Shown here one piece after another: positions 24,779 to 34,423 of a stretch of DNA of 44,686 nt. How positions within the stretch are numbered: position 1 is the first letter of the stretch; each line of letters opens with the position of its first letter. Source of the stretch: a virus (Duplodnaviria > Caudoviricetes); IMG/VR virus record IMGVR_UViG_3300020045_002994, positions 1 through 44,686 of that record. The stretch is one strand, 5' to 3'. The notes under the pieces are model-generated. The model was not told the DNA's origin and did no database searches. It worked only from the letters and a program-made list of their open reading frames with translations. The position numbers and the translations under genes are program-made.

Positions 24779-27700
24779 TCAATATCCAGTTCCATCTTCA
24801 CCGCCCATCAGAAGTTGCATCTTATAAGTAAGTGGATTCTGAACTTGCTTCAAGATCTGCTCACTCTGAGATAAGTTAGCTTTCTTATATTGTTCCATGA
24901 TGTACTTATTGAACCCTCCCTGCTTCCCACCACTAGCTGCATACTTCTCAGCGAATGTAGCAACTTGGTCTTCTTGTGGAGTTAACCCACCTTCCACACT
25001 AAGTTTAATTGCCTCAGCTAGGTCAAGTTTCTTCTTCCTATCCACCGCTGCGTAGGAATTGATTCGATAAAATGCATCATTAACAATTGCTTCATCCATT
25101 GGACGAGCACCAGCTAAGCGAACCATACTACTCCAGGATAAGAAATCATTCTGACCCATAATGGTTCCTTTATTACTGGTGGAGTAAACAGTACCATTCG
25201 GACCGGCTGCTCTCATAACTTGTGCAACACCAGCAAGTGGGCGAGAAATTCCATTGTGTTCCACACCATTCAGGAATGATTCCCAAACTGGAGCACCGTT
25301 ATTTACATTAGTTGCTACTCCGGCAAGTGAGGCAAAGAATTTTCCAAATGCTCCGACGATCGGAACTTCAGCAATAGTCGTAGGGATGATTGTAACTTGT
25401 CTCGGATTGATATCCCCACGGGTGTATAAATTTGCTTGGAGGCCAAAAGATGGGAGACCATATAGTAAGAACTCTCCAGCGTTCTTTCCAGCAATTCCGT
25501 AAGTTGCGTCGTAGAGATCTTTGTGATTGGTGTTACCCGAAGCTGTCCCAACAATATGTTGATTGATGAAACTAAATCCTGGCATTCCGTTGAGACCATA
25601 AAATGTTCCTTGCAATCCGAGGAGTGTGGCAACATCTTTACCTCTACCTTCCCCAACATATCTGAAGAGATTTTGAAGGAGGTTGAATTGATAAGACTGG
25701 AACAATCCGATTGCTTGGCCAATTGGGCCACTGAAAAGTAATGGTCGCTGGGATGCGATTGTGTTTCCTTCGACCCTATTGACAAAGGTATTAATGTAGG
25801 CTTTAGCTTCTTTGGCACTAAGAACCCCACCTTGCACTCCTACGTCAGTAATCTGTCGCATCACATCTGCACTGAGGAATCTATTAAACTCCTCTGCTAC
25901 AGTATTCCCAGAATAGGATTCACCTTTATCAACTAAGGCTTTGGCTTTTCCAAATGCACTGTTGAGTTTGAGAGATAAATCATCCACTGTTTCTGTGCCC
26001 TTAAGAGCAATGTCATCCAGGATACTATGAAACTGTGCACTAATTCCTCTGATGTATCCATTGTCAGTATACTCCTGTATGAGTTTCTTACCTTCTGGAC
26101 CAAAGTATCTCTTAATGGATGACGCCATGAGTTTAGAAGGAGAAGTGATAGTTCCTTCAGTTACCCCAGGCAGGGCAAGCTGAGTTAATTCAGCCAGCTT
26201 CCCCACCAGTTCCGGATTACCCTGAGCAATGGCTTTAGTAACCTGAGATAATTCAGTACCTCTTAAAACATTCGCACCGACTGTGTTATTCAGTGCATTC
26301 ATTGGATCTAAACCAAGAGTGAACTTACTTAAGAGTGCATTAGCATTCCGAATGAATCCACTAAGCACACCCTTTGGAGCTGGGTGATTTGCATATTGGT
26401 TAAGAGCTGCGTCATAATAAGCGTTGTTATAGCCAGCTTCCTTAAGGGCCGCGTTAATTGAATCCATTTCAGCAGGTGTTTTGGCCGCGGTCCATAATTC
26501 ACTTACCTTAGCATAGGCACGGGAAACTGCACCATCTAAGGCTTTATTCATGCTGTACAGAAGTGGGTTTTCCGTAGCCCTAGAAACATCCAGACCAAGT
26601 TTGATATAAGAAAGATAAGGATTCTTGTTAAACTTTTCCACCCGATCAAGGGTACTCCCGTATTCAGAAGATTCAATCTTAGAATATTGTCCAGCTTGAT
26701 CTTCCAGCCAATCAAATTGTTTCTGATATTTCATTCGCACCAACTCAACCGCAGCAACATCTTCTTGCCGGAGATTATGTTGGAGAATGTTATCCACAAT
26801 TCTCTGTGGATCAGTCTGAACAAAGAACTGGCTACTAATACCTTTCTTCCTAAGATCAGCATCAACATAGTTCTCATTGAGAGTTCTGTTGTAATCATAG
26901 GAACCTTGGGCACGATAGAATTCTTCCGTATCTGCTTTGTACAGAACACGGTAGTTTGTAGGAACTCGGGAAGAGAGTTCTTTTAATTCCGATTCAGAAG
27001 CTGCATGAATCATGGAAATGTGGCCAGATCCAGTAACACTAGGATCAACCACAAATGCAAAGTGTTTATAATCCTGCGTATTAGGCCGCACAGGATACAC
27101 AACTTCTGGATCCTTATAATTCTCCCTACCTAATGCAGCTTGCCTGTCCCGTTCCAGGGAAATTCTACGTGCATTAGAATCCCGATGTGCTTTAAGTGCA
27201 GCATAGGTTGCATCATTGTTGATAGGAATAAATTCAGGGGCACCCTCCTGAAGTTTAACTCCGGCCGCCTCAAAACCATCAGCCACAGCTTCTTCGTTCT
27301 TTGCAATCTTTCTTGCAATAAGCATAGGGCCATTATCTAATCCATACAAGGCACCATCTTCTGCAAGGATATAATGTTCTGAAGTGGAGGAAATCTTAGA
27401 CCAAATAGTTGAAACTTCAATAGCTGCTTTAGAATCATTAGCTAATTGAACTAATGGACCATTAAGAAGTTCAGAAGCAGATTCACGGTTAGCGAGTTTT
27501 AGGCGCTGAGTAACAGAGCCGAGTTGTTCAAATGCAGCTTCTAATGAACCATACTTACCAGCTGCAAAACTCACGAGGGAAGGTCCTGCACCTACGCGAC
27601 TTGCGGAAACTAACATTGTATCCGTAATTTCCGGAGCTTGGCTAGCTAATTCTCCAGCACCTTTAGCCCAAACATTATCCAGGGTTTTCTGAAACAATGC

Positions 27701-29671
27701 TTGCTGACTGGCTAAGTAAGAAGTAGCGTCAGAAATATTCCCATTAAAGAGAGTTTCTGATTCAGGAATTCTATAACCAACCTTCGCATACTCAGGAAGG
27801 AATTCAGTGCGAGCTAAATTAATATCCACTTTATTGGACAACCCTGCAGCAACCTTAGCCTCGGCGTATGCCTTATTTATTCCTTGCCGATAAAATAAGT
27901 CACTGAACTCTTTATCCAAAGATCTAGTTCCTTCCAAGTAATCCCTGGAAGTGTTAACAATGCGAGAAATAGCATCAGTACCATACTCAATCGGAATGCT
28001 TCCTTTATACGACATATCCAGTAAGAGTTGATTCGCAACCCTTTCTTTACTCGCTGCAATAGTTTCATACAATTCTTGGGAAGAACTAATTGGACTGGAA
28101 GTTCCAGCATCATCAATCAGTTTCACCCCACTCCATTGATTGGTTTCAAATAAATGTTCCAATGCAGGAATATCATTCTGATGGAATGTAGTACCTTCCT
28201 TAATCTTAGGTGCATTCTCACGAAACCAAATGTACCGTGCCTCAGCTTCATTGTGAGCACTTAAGCCAGTGAGTTTAGAAGCATCCCAAACTTTCTTGGT
28301 GGAAAAGCCATAACTCTTAACCTCACTCATAACCGCATCACGGGTGGATTGGCCAGTTTTAGGAAGAACCTTATCAGCAAGGGAAACAACCATAGGAGCA
28401 TTTGCTGAAATATCCCCAGCGTCACTACCAAGAAGTTTCACATATCGCACATGGAGATTCTGCAACTCCCCCATATTACCAGACTTAATAACATCCTTAA
28501 TCTCTTTTTCAACCTGGAGAGGTTTAACTAACCGGGCCACACCGTCCGCATGAAGGAAGTTATTCAGGATCTGATTCGTATTAGAACCAACCTCTCCAGC
28601 TAAATATTTCTCCGGATTTACATGGATTGTATCCGCTAAAAGATTCCCAATCTCCAGGTCCTGTGCAGTAACCATTTCATGAACCATAGTCCGGGAATCA
28701 TTGTTTGTCCGTCGAACTTTATCCAGGAAATTCTTAGCATCCTTCACATATAAAGGATCATCAATTGCGCCAGAAGGAGGAATAGGAATAGCTCCAGATT
28801 CTAAATCTAGAGACCCGAGAACCACTTTACTTGACGGCGAAAATGCCTCATCAAAAGTTTCTTTACTTGTGAATGGCTTAGCCGCCTTATCCTCCACCCG
28901 CAAAGCTTTCTTAAGAGAGGTGAATGTTCTTGCTGCTTCGAATGATCCACCGATAGCTCCTCCAAGGATACCACCAATTGCAACATTTTTAACAATGTCT
29001 CCAACATCTTGATTTTCTAAGATAGGAGATTTAAACATTGTTGCCTGAACCGCTACTTCAAATGCAGCACCTTCAAGAACATTCTGCCAAGTTCCACTAG
29101 CAAGAGCCTTAACTACATTGCTATTAATTAAAGAGAACGATGCGTTAGTTGCAGCTAGATCTTTTGCAGCAAGTTTAACAAAGTCCTCAGTCCTAGGAAC
29201 TAATAACCCAGTTGCCCGGGACATGTTATTCCCAAGTGACCCAACCTTAATGGAGGAGGCTAATGCTTTCTGGCCTGCAGTAAGGATCTTAACTCCCCCA
29301 AGACCAGGAATAAGTGAAGACGCAACAAACCCTGCCAAGTCAGCCGCTTCCCTGTTTTGGTCATAGTATGCTCCAAGATTACTATCTAACGCAGAAATCC
29401 AATTGTTAGTTTCCCGTAACTCAGTGGATGCACCGAACCAGTTACCTACGGTAACACCAGTGTTATAAAAACTATTAGCCCCACTAAGCACACTGACAGA
29501 AATAAACTTCCCAGCATTCTGGAAGTTATTTTCCCAAGTAGTCGGATCAAGCCATGAACCACCTTGATTATTCCCAATGTTATGGTTATCCGCGGCCAAT
29601 AACCAGGATGGCATTGCACCCTCAGTAGTTGGGGCAGAAGGATCTAGGGAGGTAGGTGAGAGGAAATTCAT
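24779..29671 (-). CDS. large internal virion (DNA ejection) protein, 1630 aa
   Basis: Size, helical Ala-rich composition and position as the last of a small-medium-large series after the tail genes, as in podoviruses. Confidence 0.65.
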   Translation of the reverse strand: MNFLSPTSLDPSAPTTEGAMPSWLLAADNHNIGNNQGGSWLDPTTWENNFQNAGKFISVSVLSGANSFYNTGVTVGNWFGASTELRETNNWISALDSNLGAYYDQNREAADLAGFVASSLIPGLGGVKILTAGQKALASSIKVGSLGNNMSRATGLLVPRTEDFVKLAAKDLAATNASFSLINSNVVKALASGTWQNVLEGAAFEVAVQATMFKSPILENQDVGDIVKNVAIGGILGGAIGGSFEAARTFTSLKKALRVEDKAAKPFTSKETFDEAFSPSSKVVLGSLDLESGAIPIPPSGAIDDPLYVKDAKNFLDKVRRTNNDSRTMVHEMVTAQDLEIGNLLADTIHVNPEKYLAGEVGSNTNQILNNFLHADGVARLVKPLQVEKEIKDVIKSGNMGELQNLHVRYVKLLGSDAGDISANAPMVVSLADKVLPKTGQSTRDAVMSEVKSYGFSTKKVWDASKLTGLSAHNEAEARYIWFRENAPKIKEGTTFHQNDIPALEHLFETNQWSGVKLIDDAGTSSPISSSQELYETIAASKERVANQLLLDMSYKGSIPIEYGTDAISRIVNTSRDYLEGTRSLDKEFSDLFYRQGINKAYAEAKVAAGLSNKVDINLARTEFLPEYAKVGYRIPESETLFNGNISDATSYLASQQALFQKTLDNVWAKGAGELASQAPEITDTMLVSASRVGAGPSLVSFAAGKYGSLEAAFEQLGSVTQRLKLANRESASELLNGPLVQLANDSKAAIEVSTIWSKISSTSEHYILAEDGALYGLDNGPMLIARKIAKNEEAVADGFEAAGVKLQEGAPEFIPINNDATYAALKAHRDSNARRISLERDRQAALGRENYKDPEVVYPVRPNTQDYKHFAFVVDPSVTGSGHISMIHAASESELKELSSRVPTNYRVLYKADTEEFYRAQGSYDYNRTLNENYVDADLRKKGISSQFFVQTDPQRIVDNILQHNLRQEDVAAVELVRMKYQKQFDWLEDQAGQYSKIESSEYGSTLDRVEKFNKNPYLSYIKLGLDVSRATENPLLYSMNKALDGAVSRAYAKVSELWTAAKTPAEMDSINAALKEAGYNNAYYDAALNQYANHPAPKGVLSGFIRNANALLSKFTLGLDPMNALNNTVGANVLRGTELSQVTKAIAQGNPELVGKLAELTQLALPGVTEGTITSPSKLMASSIKRYFGPEGKKLIQEYTDNGYIRGISAQFHSILDDIALKGTETVDDLSLKLNSAFGKAKALVDKGESYSGNTVAEEFNRFLSADVMRQITDVGVQGGVLSAKEAKAYINTFVNRVEGNTIASQRPLLFSGPIGQAIGLFQSYQFNLLQNLFRYVGEGRGKDVATLLGLQGTFYGLNGMPGFSFINQHIVGTASGNTNHKDLYDATYGIAGKNAGEFLLYGLPSFGLQANLYTRGDINPRQVTIIPTTIAEVPIVGAFGKFFASLAGVATNVNNGAPVWESFLNGVEHNGISRPLAGVAQVMRAAGPNGTVYSTSNKGTIMGQNDFLSWSSMVRLAGARPMDEAIVNDAFYRINSYAAVDRKKKLDLAEAIKLSVEGGLTPQEDQVATFAEKYAASGGKQGGFNKYIMEQYKKANLSQSEQILKQVQNPLTYKMQLLMGGEDGTGY

Positions 29672-31320
29672 TTCTTAGCTCCGGTATCAGTAACTTCACC
29701 AGTAAAGATATTAGTAATTACTGGTTTACGGCGAGCTTCTAAGGAGAGTTGTTTATTCAACATCCTGCCAACTACATCAGGCTTTGTAATATCCAGGACT
29801 TCACTACCGAATAAGGCCCCTGGAGTTTCGAGGCGCACGTTGTAACTAAACGCTGGAATAAGACCAAATTTGGGTAAATCACGCTGAGCCAAATTAGCCG
29901 CTGCACCTGCATGATAGATAGTAGTGAGGCTAAGAGCTTCTTCATAAGTAATCTTCTTAGTCCGTAACCCCTCAGTTACTGCAGCGAATACTTTATTTGG
30001 ATCATTTAAATCTACACCGTTATCCAGGAGAGGTTTCAGAACCTTCTGGTAAACTGGTGTTTGGGCCGCGGCCGTGGAGGTTTTAACAATCTGATTGATT
30101 GGTGCAATACTGAAGATATTCTTTGCATCACCCACCTTAACTTCAGCAGCGTCTCTTGCAAGAATTGCATTAGCAGCTTTGTTATAAGTAGTAGCTTGAA
30201 CCTCAGGATTCTTAGCATCAGGATTCTTGCTAAGTTCTAACCTTGCAAGAACACCAGCATCACCTAACTTTTCCTTCACCAATTCCTGAGCTGGACTAAG
30301 AGAAACAGCACGACCGCTACTAAACAAAGTAGCTGCATCCACAGGACTAGAGGCAAGTTTAGCCACGCCAGATTCTGCATAGCGTTCACCGTTCTGGTAA
30401 TCCAGCATGAACTCATTTCCCAGAGGACTCTTACTTTTGAGTGCTTGGAGAACATTGTCAGCCTTAACACCAGTTAATGGAGGAACACCACGAATTGCAC
30501 GGCCAGCATTCACTGCGTCAATAACATAAGAATCATACTTATCTCCTTTAAGCTTTTCATCCATGCTGAATTTAAACCGGGCAGCATCCCGAGCAGCATT
30601 GGCTTGGCTTAAAAGGAAATGATCATTAGCACTCTTAGCACTCAGTGCGCTGAAATTCCAAGCAAGTTTCTGAGCATTAGCTTGGAGAGCATCTTTAATT
30701 CCCTCACTATTGTATTTCAAACCAGCAATTTTAGCTTCATTAGCTTGAAGATTCGCCTGAACTGCGGCAAGCCTAGTACTGGCTTCAGCACTCACAACAG
30801 TAATTGAATTGTTAAATTGATTCTGTAAGACTGCACTACTAGAAGTTGCAGCATTCAGAGTTTCAATCCGATCCAATGCGTCTTGCCGCACACGTAATGC
30901 AGAGTTGTACTTATTGATATCCTTATCAATGGTGAGTTTGTTCAGAATAAATTCAAGTGGATTATCCAGTAACCCAACTGACTTCTTCTTCTCAATCTCA
31001 GCCCTAGCTTGTACTTGTTCTTCCCAAGCATTTGCTTCAGTACGTGCTAATCCAGAATACACTTCATTCTGTGCATTCCGATCCGTACCAAAATCAATAC
31101 CAAGAACTTGCTTAGCTGCTTGAGTTCGTAAATCAGCCGCAGTTTTAGTAGAAGCAACAGTAGCTGCATCAGTGGCAGCTTGCTCCAGAAGAGCCTGAGA
31201 TTCACCAGTAATAGTCCCAGCTTTTTCCAGAATATCCTGATTCTTTTTAGTAAAGATATCCAGAACAGCTGAACCTTCTTTCACACCAGCTAAGATAGAA
31301 TTGATATCAATGCCTGCCAT
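29668..31320 (-). CDS. internal virion (ejection) protein, 550 aa
   Basis: Ala/Gln/Lys-rich helical composition; position. Confidence 0.6.
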   Translation of the reverse strand: MAGIDINSILAGVKEGSAVLDIFTKKNQDILEKAGTITGESQALLEQAATDAATVASTKTAADLRTQAAKQVLGIDFGTDRNAQNEVYSGLARTEANAWEEQVQARAEIEKKKSVGLLDNPLEFILNKLTIDKDINKYNSALRVRQDALDRIETLNAATSSSAVLQNQFNNSITVVSAEASTRLAAVQANLQANEAKIAGLKYNSEGIKDALQANAQKLAWNFSALSAKSANDHFLLSQANAARDAARFKFSMDEKLKGDKYDSYVIDAVNAGRAIRGVPPLTGVKADNVLQALKSKSPLGNEFMLDYQNGERYAESGVAKLASSPVDAATLFSSGRAVSLSPAQELVKEKLGDAGVLARLELSKNPDAKNPEVQATTYNKAANAILARDAAEVKVGDAKNIFSIAPINQIVKTSTAAAQTPVYQKVLKPLLDNGVDLNDPNKVFAAVTEGLRTKKITYEEALSLTTIYHAGAAANLAQRDLPKFGLIPAFSYNVRLETPGALFGSEVLDITKPDVVGRMLNKQLSLEARRKPVITNIFTGEVTDTGAKK

Positions 31321-31328
31321 TTTGATTC

Positions 31329-32576
31329 CTAACCTTTCTTAGCTTGGGACTGCATCCCATATTTGACAAGTACATCCAAGATGCCAGCACCTTGAACTCC
31401 ACTATTCTTAATGATTGCACTAATTACATTCTTACCAAGATCACTACTATTCGATCCTTGGAGGAGGGAAGTGAATCCAGTCTTTGCAACACCTGCTGCA
31501 ACATTCCCAAGATCACCACCACCAACTGCAGCACTGATACTAGGAGAAGCATACTGTGAGAATCCTGCAGTAGCTGCACCTAAAGCAATACCTTTTAAGA
31601 TATCCTTAGTTGATCCACCAGATAAAGCTGCTTGAGTTCCACCAATAGTTCCGCCAGCAACAACTGCACCAGTTGCACCACCTCCAGCAGCAGCTGAAAT
31701 ATAAGGAGCAGCAGCACCGCCAATTGCAACACTAGCTAAGAATGCAACTCCACCTCTAGTTCCATCAACCCAATCGTGACCTTGATAATATCCCTTAGAT
31801 TCAAGAGGAACTAACCTATCCTCTTTCTGGGTATACCAGGTTCTTTGGCGATCTTTATCTGACCCAGTATTCTGTGTGGAATCAATATAGAAAACAGCAT
31901 CAGGTGCGGATGCGAGTTTAGTGTAATTAGCTTTATTAATATCCCTAGCTAATGCAGTTTCATCAACAGTAGAAGAACCTGGATTCCATTCATAGGAATC
32001 ACCAGTACCGACAAATGCGCCAGGCACTGTTTTGGTATAGTTAGCAAGATCCAATCCAGCTTCAGTAGCCAGTTTTTGAATATTAGCTGCCCGCTCTTCC
32101 CCAACTAATGTATACCTATTCTTATCCTTAGGTTTATTTGGATCAATCACAACATCAAGTTCTACAGGTTTAAACCCATACAACCCAATATCAGTTCTAC
32201 CTCCAAATGTACCACCTAACTCAGTATTCTTTGAAGTGTCAAAACTCCGGGTACCGGCACCTTGGGCAATTAGTGATTCACCACTATAGTTCAAACCAAC
32301 ATCTGCATTTCGAATATCACCAAATAGGTTTTGAAATACAGAAGCATCAAGAACAGTGCCACCATTAATCTTCTGGCCTACTGCAAGGGAATTCCAATCA
32401 AAGATATCTTCAGCTGGAACTCCACCATTCTCAGTAGCATTAATGGTTTTGGGCGCCCCAGGAGTATCTTGCTCCGCAGTAGCAGTTACCTCAAAACTAG
32501 GTGCAGGATTATTCACCCCAACAATTGGAGTAGAACCGCCTCTACGATTGACAAATTCATCAATTACGGTAGGCAT
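31329..32576 (-). CDS. putative ejection protein with Gly/Ala-rich hydrophobic C-terminal region
   Basis: GxxxG glycine-zipper helices in the C-terminal third; lies among the ejection genes. Confidence 0.5.
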   Translation of the reverse strand: MPTVIDEFVNRRGGSTPIVGVNNPAPSFEVTATAEQDTPGAPKTINATENGGVPAEDIFDWNSLAVGQKINGGTVLDASVFQNLFGDIRNADVGLNYSGESLIAQGAGTRSFDTSKNTELGGTFGGRTDIGLYGFKPVELDVVIDPNKPKDKNRYTLVGEERAANIQKLATEAGLDLANYTKTVPGAFVGTGDSYEWNPGSSTVDETALARDINKANYTKLASAPDAVFYIDSTQNTGSDKDRQRTWYTQKEDRLVPLESKGYYQGHDWVDGTRGGVAFLASVAIGGAAAPYISAAAGGGATGAVVAGGTIGGTQAALSGGSTKDILKGIALGAATAGFSQYASPSISAAVGGGDLGNVAAGVAKTGFTSLLQGSNSSDLGKNVISAIIKNSGVQGAGILDVLVKYGMQSQAKKG

Positions 32577-32584
32577 GTTTTAGC

Positions 32585-33256
32585 TTATGCCTCAGCTAAG
32601 AAGGAAGACCAATCAATAGTATCTAAATCACTCTCTGAATACCCACCACTTTGGAATTCCCCAGAACCCATATCAACACCAATACCAGAAGTGTCAATAC
32701 CACTATCATCAATTGGCCCAACAAACTGATTACCAGCTTGAGCTTCCATTTGAGAGGGAGTTAATCCTGAGTTATTAGTACCCATACCATTTGGATCAAC
32801 AGTGATTCCTTCACTAGTTAATCCTTTAAGTAACCCAGCAATGCCACTCAGGCCACCAGATTCTTTGAGAAGGTTATTGATAAGAGATAATCCACCAACT
32901 GCGGCGGCCGTTTTTCCAGGATTAAGAGCTGGGTTTTGTTTACTTCCACCGGTAGTAGTAGTTCCGGCTTGTTGCTTAGCAAGTTCGCCAGCAGTACGAG
33001 TGATAAGATCATTAGTAAGGAGTTGATTAGTAGAAGAGTTATACAGACCAGCTGTCTTTTCTCCATTAGCAATCGCGGCCAAACCATTAGTACCTCCAAG
33101 AATTTGCTGAATGACTGCATTCATGCCTTGCGGAGTAATGTTAGACTTAGTGGTGGAGGAAGTAGACCCAGACTTAGAAGTAAATAAAGCCGCCAAAGCA
33201 GCTAAATCTGAAGCACTATAACCTTCACTTGACATTGGTTGTCCAGCGGATGCCAT
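32585..33256 (-). CDS. small internal virion (ejection) protein
   Basis: S/T/G-rich low-complexity sequence, AGLYNSST motif; position. Confidence 0.55.
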   Translation of the reverse strand: MASAGQPMSSEGYSASDLAALAALFTSKSGSTSSTTKSNITPQGMNAVIQQILGGTNGLAAIANGEKTAGLYNSSTNQLLTNDLITRTAGELAKQQAGTTTTGGSKQNPALNPGKTAAAVGGLSLINNLLKESGGLSGIAGLLKGLTSEGITVDPNGMGTNNSGLTPSQMEAQAGNQFVGPIDDSGIDTSGIGVDMGSGEFQSGGYSESDLDTIDWSSFLAEA

Positions 33257-33619
33257 TTATTTCCCCTTCACAGCCGTAACTGTATTAAGTCTTTGAGTTA
33301 AAACCGTAGCATCTAAGAGATCCAAACGCCTCTTGATATCACTAATTAACATATCTTGTTCAATATTCTTAGCACTGGTAGTTCCAAGTTGAATACTAAG
33401 TTCTGCTATCTTAGTTGTCATCAAATCAACTTTATCTACCAGCTTACTGTATGAAACATACTGCAATACTGCCCACACTAAGATTGAACCAATTACACTA
33501 AGAACCCAAGTTAAGGGGATATTTCTAGTAATGGTAATTCCATCATCATCCATAGATCTGTGAGACATATGAAGCTCTCCAGGTTGGGATGGGCGAGAGT
33601 GCTGAAATGGGCGGCTCAT
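33257..33619 (-). CDS. single-TM coiled-coil membrane protein (holin/anti-holin or spanin-like candidate)
   Basis: IPLTWVLSVIGSILVWAVLQYV transmembrane segment followed by heptad repeats. Confidence 0.45.
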   Translation of the reverse strand: MSRPFQHSRPSQPGELHMSHRSMDDDGITITRNIPLTWVLSVIGSILVWAVLQYVSYSKLVDKVDLMTTKIAELSIQLGTTSAKNIEQDMLISDIKRRLDLLDATVLTQRLNTVTAVKGK

Positions 33620-33645
33620 GTCTCGTACTTTTTAGTAGTAAGAAA

Positions 33646-33975
33646 TTAAGCAAGCGGAGTAATATAAAGATTACCTGCGCCGGCTGCAACTGCTGCAATA
33701 CGGTTTCCATTAGCAACACTCACACGATATGAGTTGTTAGCTGGGAAATATTGGTCCACATCCACAACTGCAGTAGGATTTGCACCTTGCCTAGCCCAGA
33801 ATGCCACATCTCCAGTGATTAAGACATACTGTCCTGGAGTAGGTGGAGGTAAGTCAGGATTAGCTGCTGCCCCAGGAACTAAGAATTGTGTAGACTGTGC
33901 GCTAACTGCACTAAGAGTTACTCGCTGAGATGTGTTACCTTCAAGCAGATTAACTGAGTATGAAACAGTGAACAT
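33646..33975 (-). CDS. small structural protein (beta-sandwich)
   Basis: GGAG RBS; GANPTA...YFPAN...RIAAV...GNLYITPL pattern is common in virion accessory proteins. Confidence 0.55.
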   Translation of the reverse strand: MFTVSYSVNLLEGNTSQRVTLSAVSAQSTQFLVPGAAANPDLPPPTPGQYVLITGDVAFWARQGANPTAVVDVDQYFPANNSYRVSVANGNRIAAVAAGAGNLYITPLA

Positions 33976-34054
33976 GAGTTTTCTCCAGGAATGAATACAG
34001 GATAATAGGATAGGAGGATAAAAACCAGAGGGGTCTTATGGCTGATCTGAAAGA

Positions 34055-34423
34055 TCAAGGAGGAGTTGTACCAATATCGGCAGTTAGCAGGACACCAACA
34101 TTGGATACTGTGACTCTCCAATAATGTGGAGTAGCTTGGTTATCTTTCAGGATAATTCCAAGTAAGGAGGTTGGAATTATGAGTTCTTCCTGAGTGGAAG
34201 TCATGAAGGAATTAAGAAGATATGCAAGATTCTGCACAGCCTTAAATAACTTATCAAGATCCTGACCTAACTCAAAATCCTTAGCATCCGCAAGGAACGG
34301 ACTAGTATCTCCCTGTACGGTAAGAGAATCTAATCCACCAACTCCACCGTGTGGCTGTGCTAATGTCCCACCTGAAGTAGGATTATTAGGAAGATCAAGA
34401 AGGAAATCTACCTGCTTAACCAT
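34055..34423 (-). CDS. hypothetical tail-associated protein
   Basis: Coupled to the tail gene; C-terminal HYWRVTVSNVGVL fibre-like motif. Confidence 0.55.
   Translation of the reverse strand: MVKQVDFLLDLPNNPTSGGTLAQPHGGVGGLDSLTVQGDTSPFLADAKDFELGQDLDKLFKAVQNLAYLLNSFMTSTQEELIIPTSLLGIILKDNQATPHYWRVTVSNVGVLLTADIGTTPP

Noticed and set aside
24779-29671. 1630-aa protein as a virion RNA polymerase
   Set aside because: I found no DxDGD or T7/N4-type polymerase motifs; composition and position fit an ejection protein.
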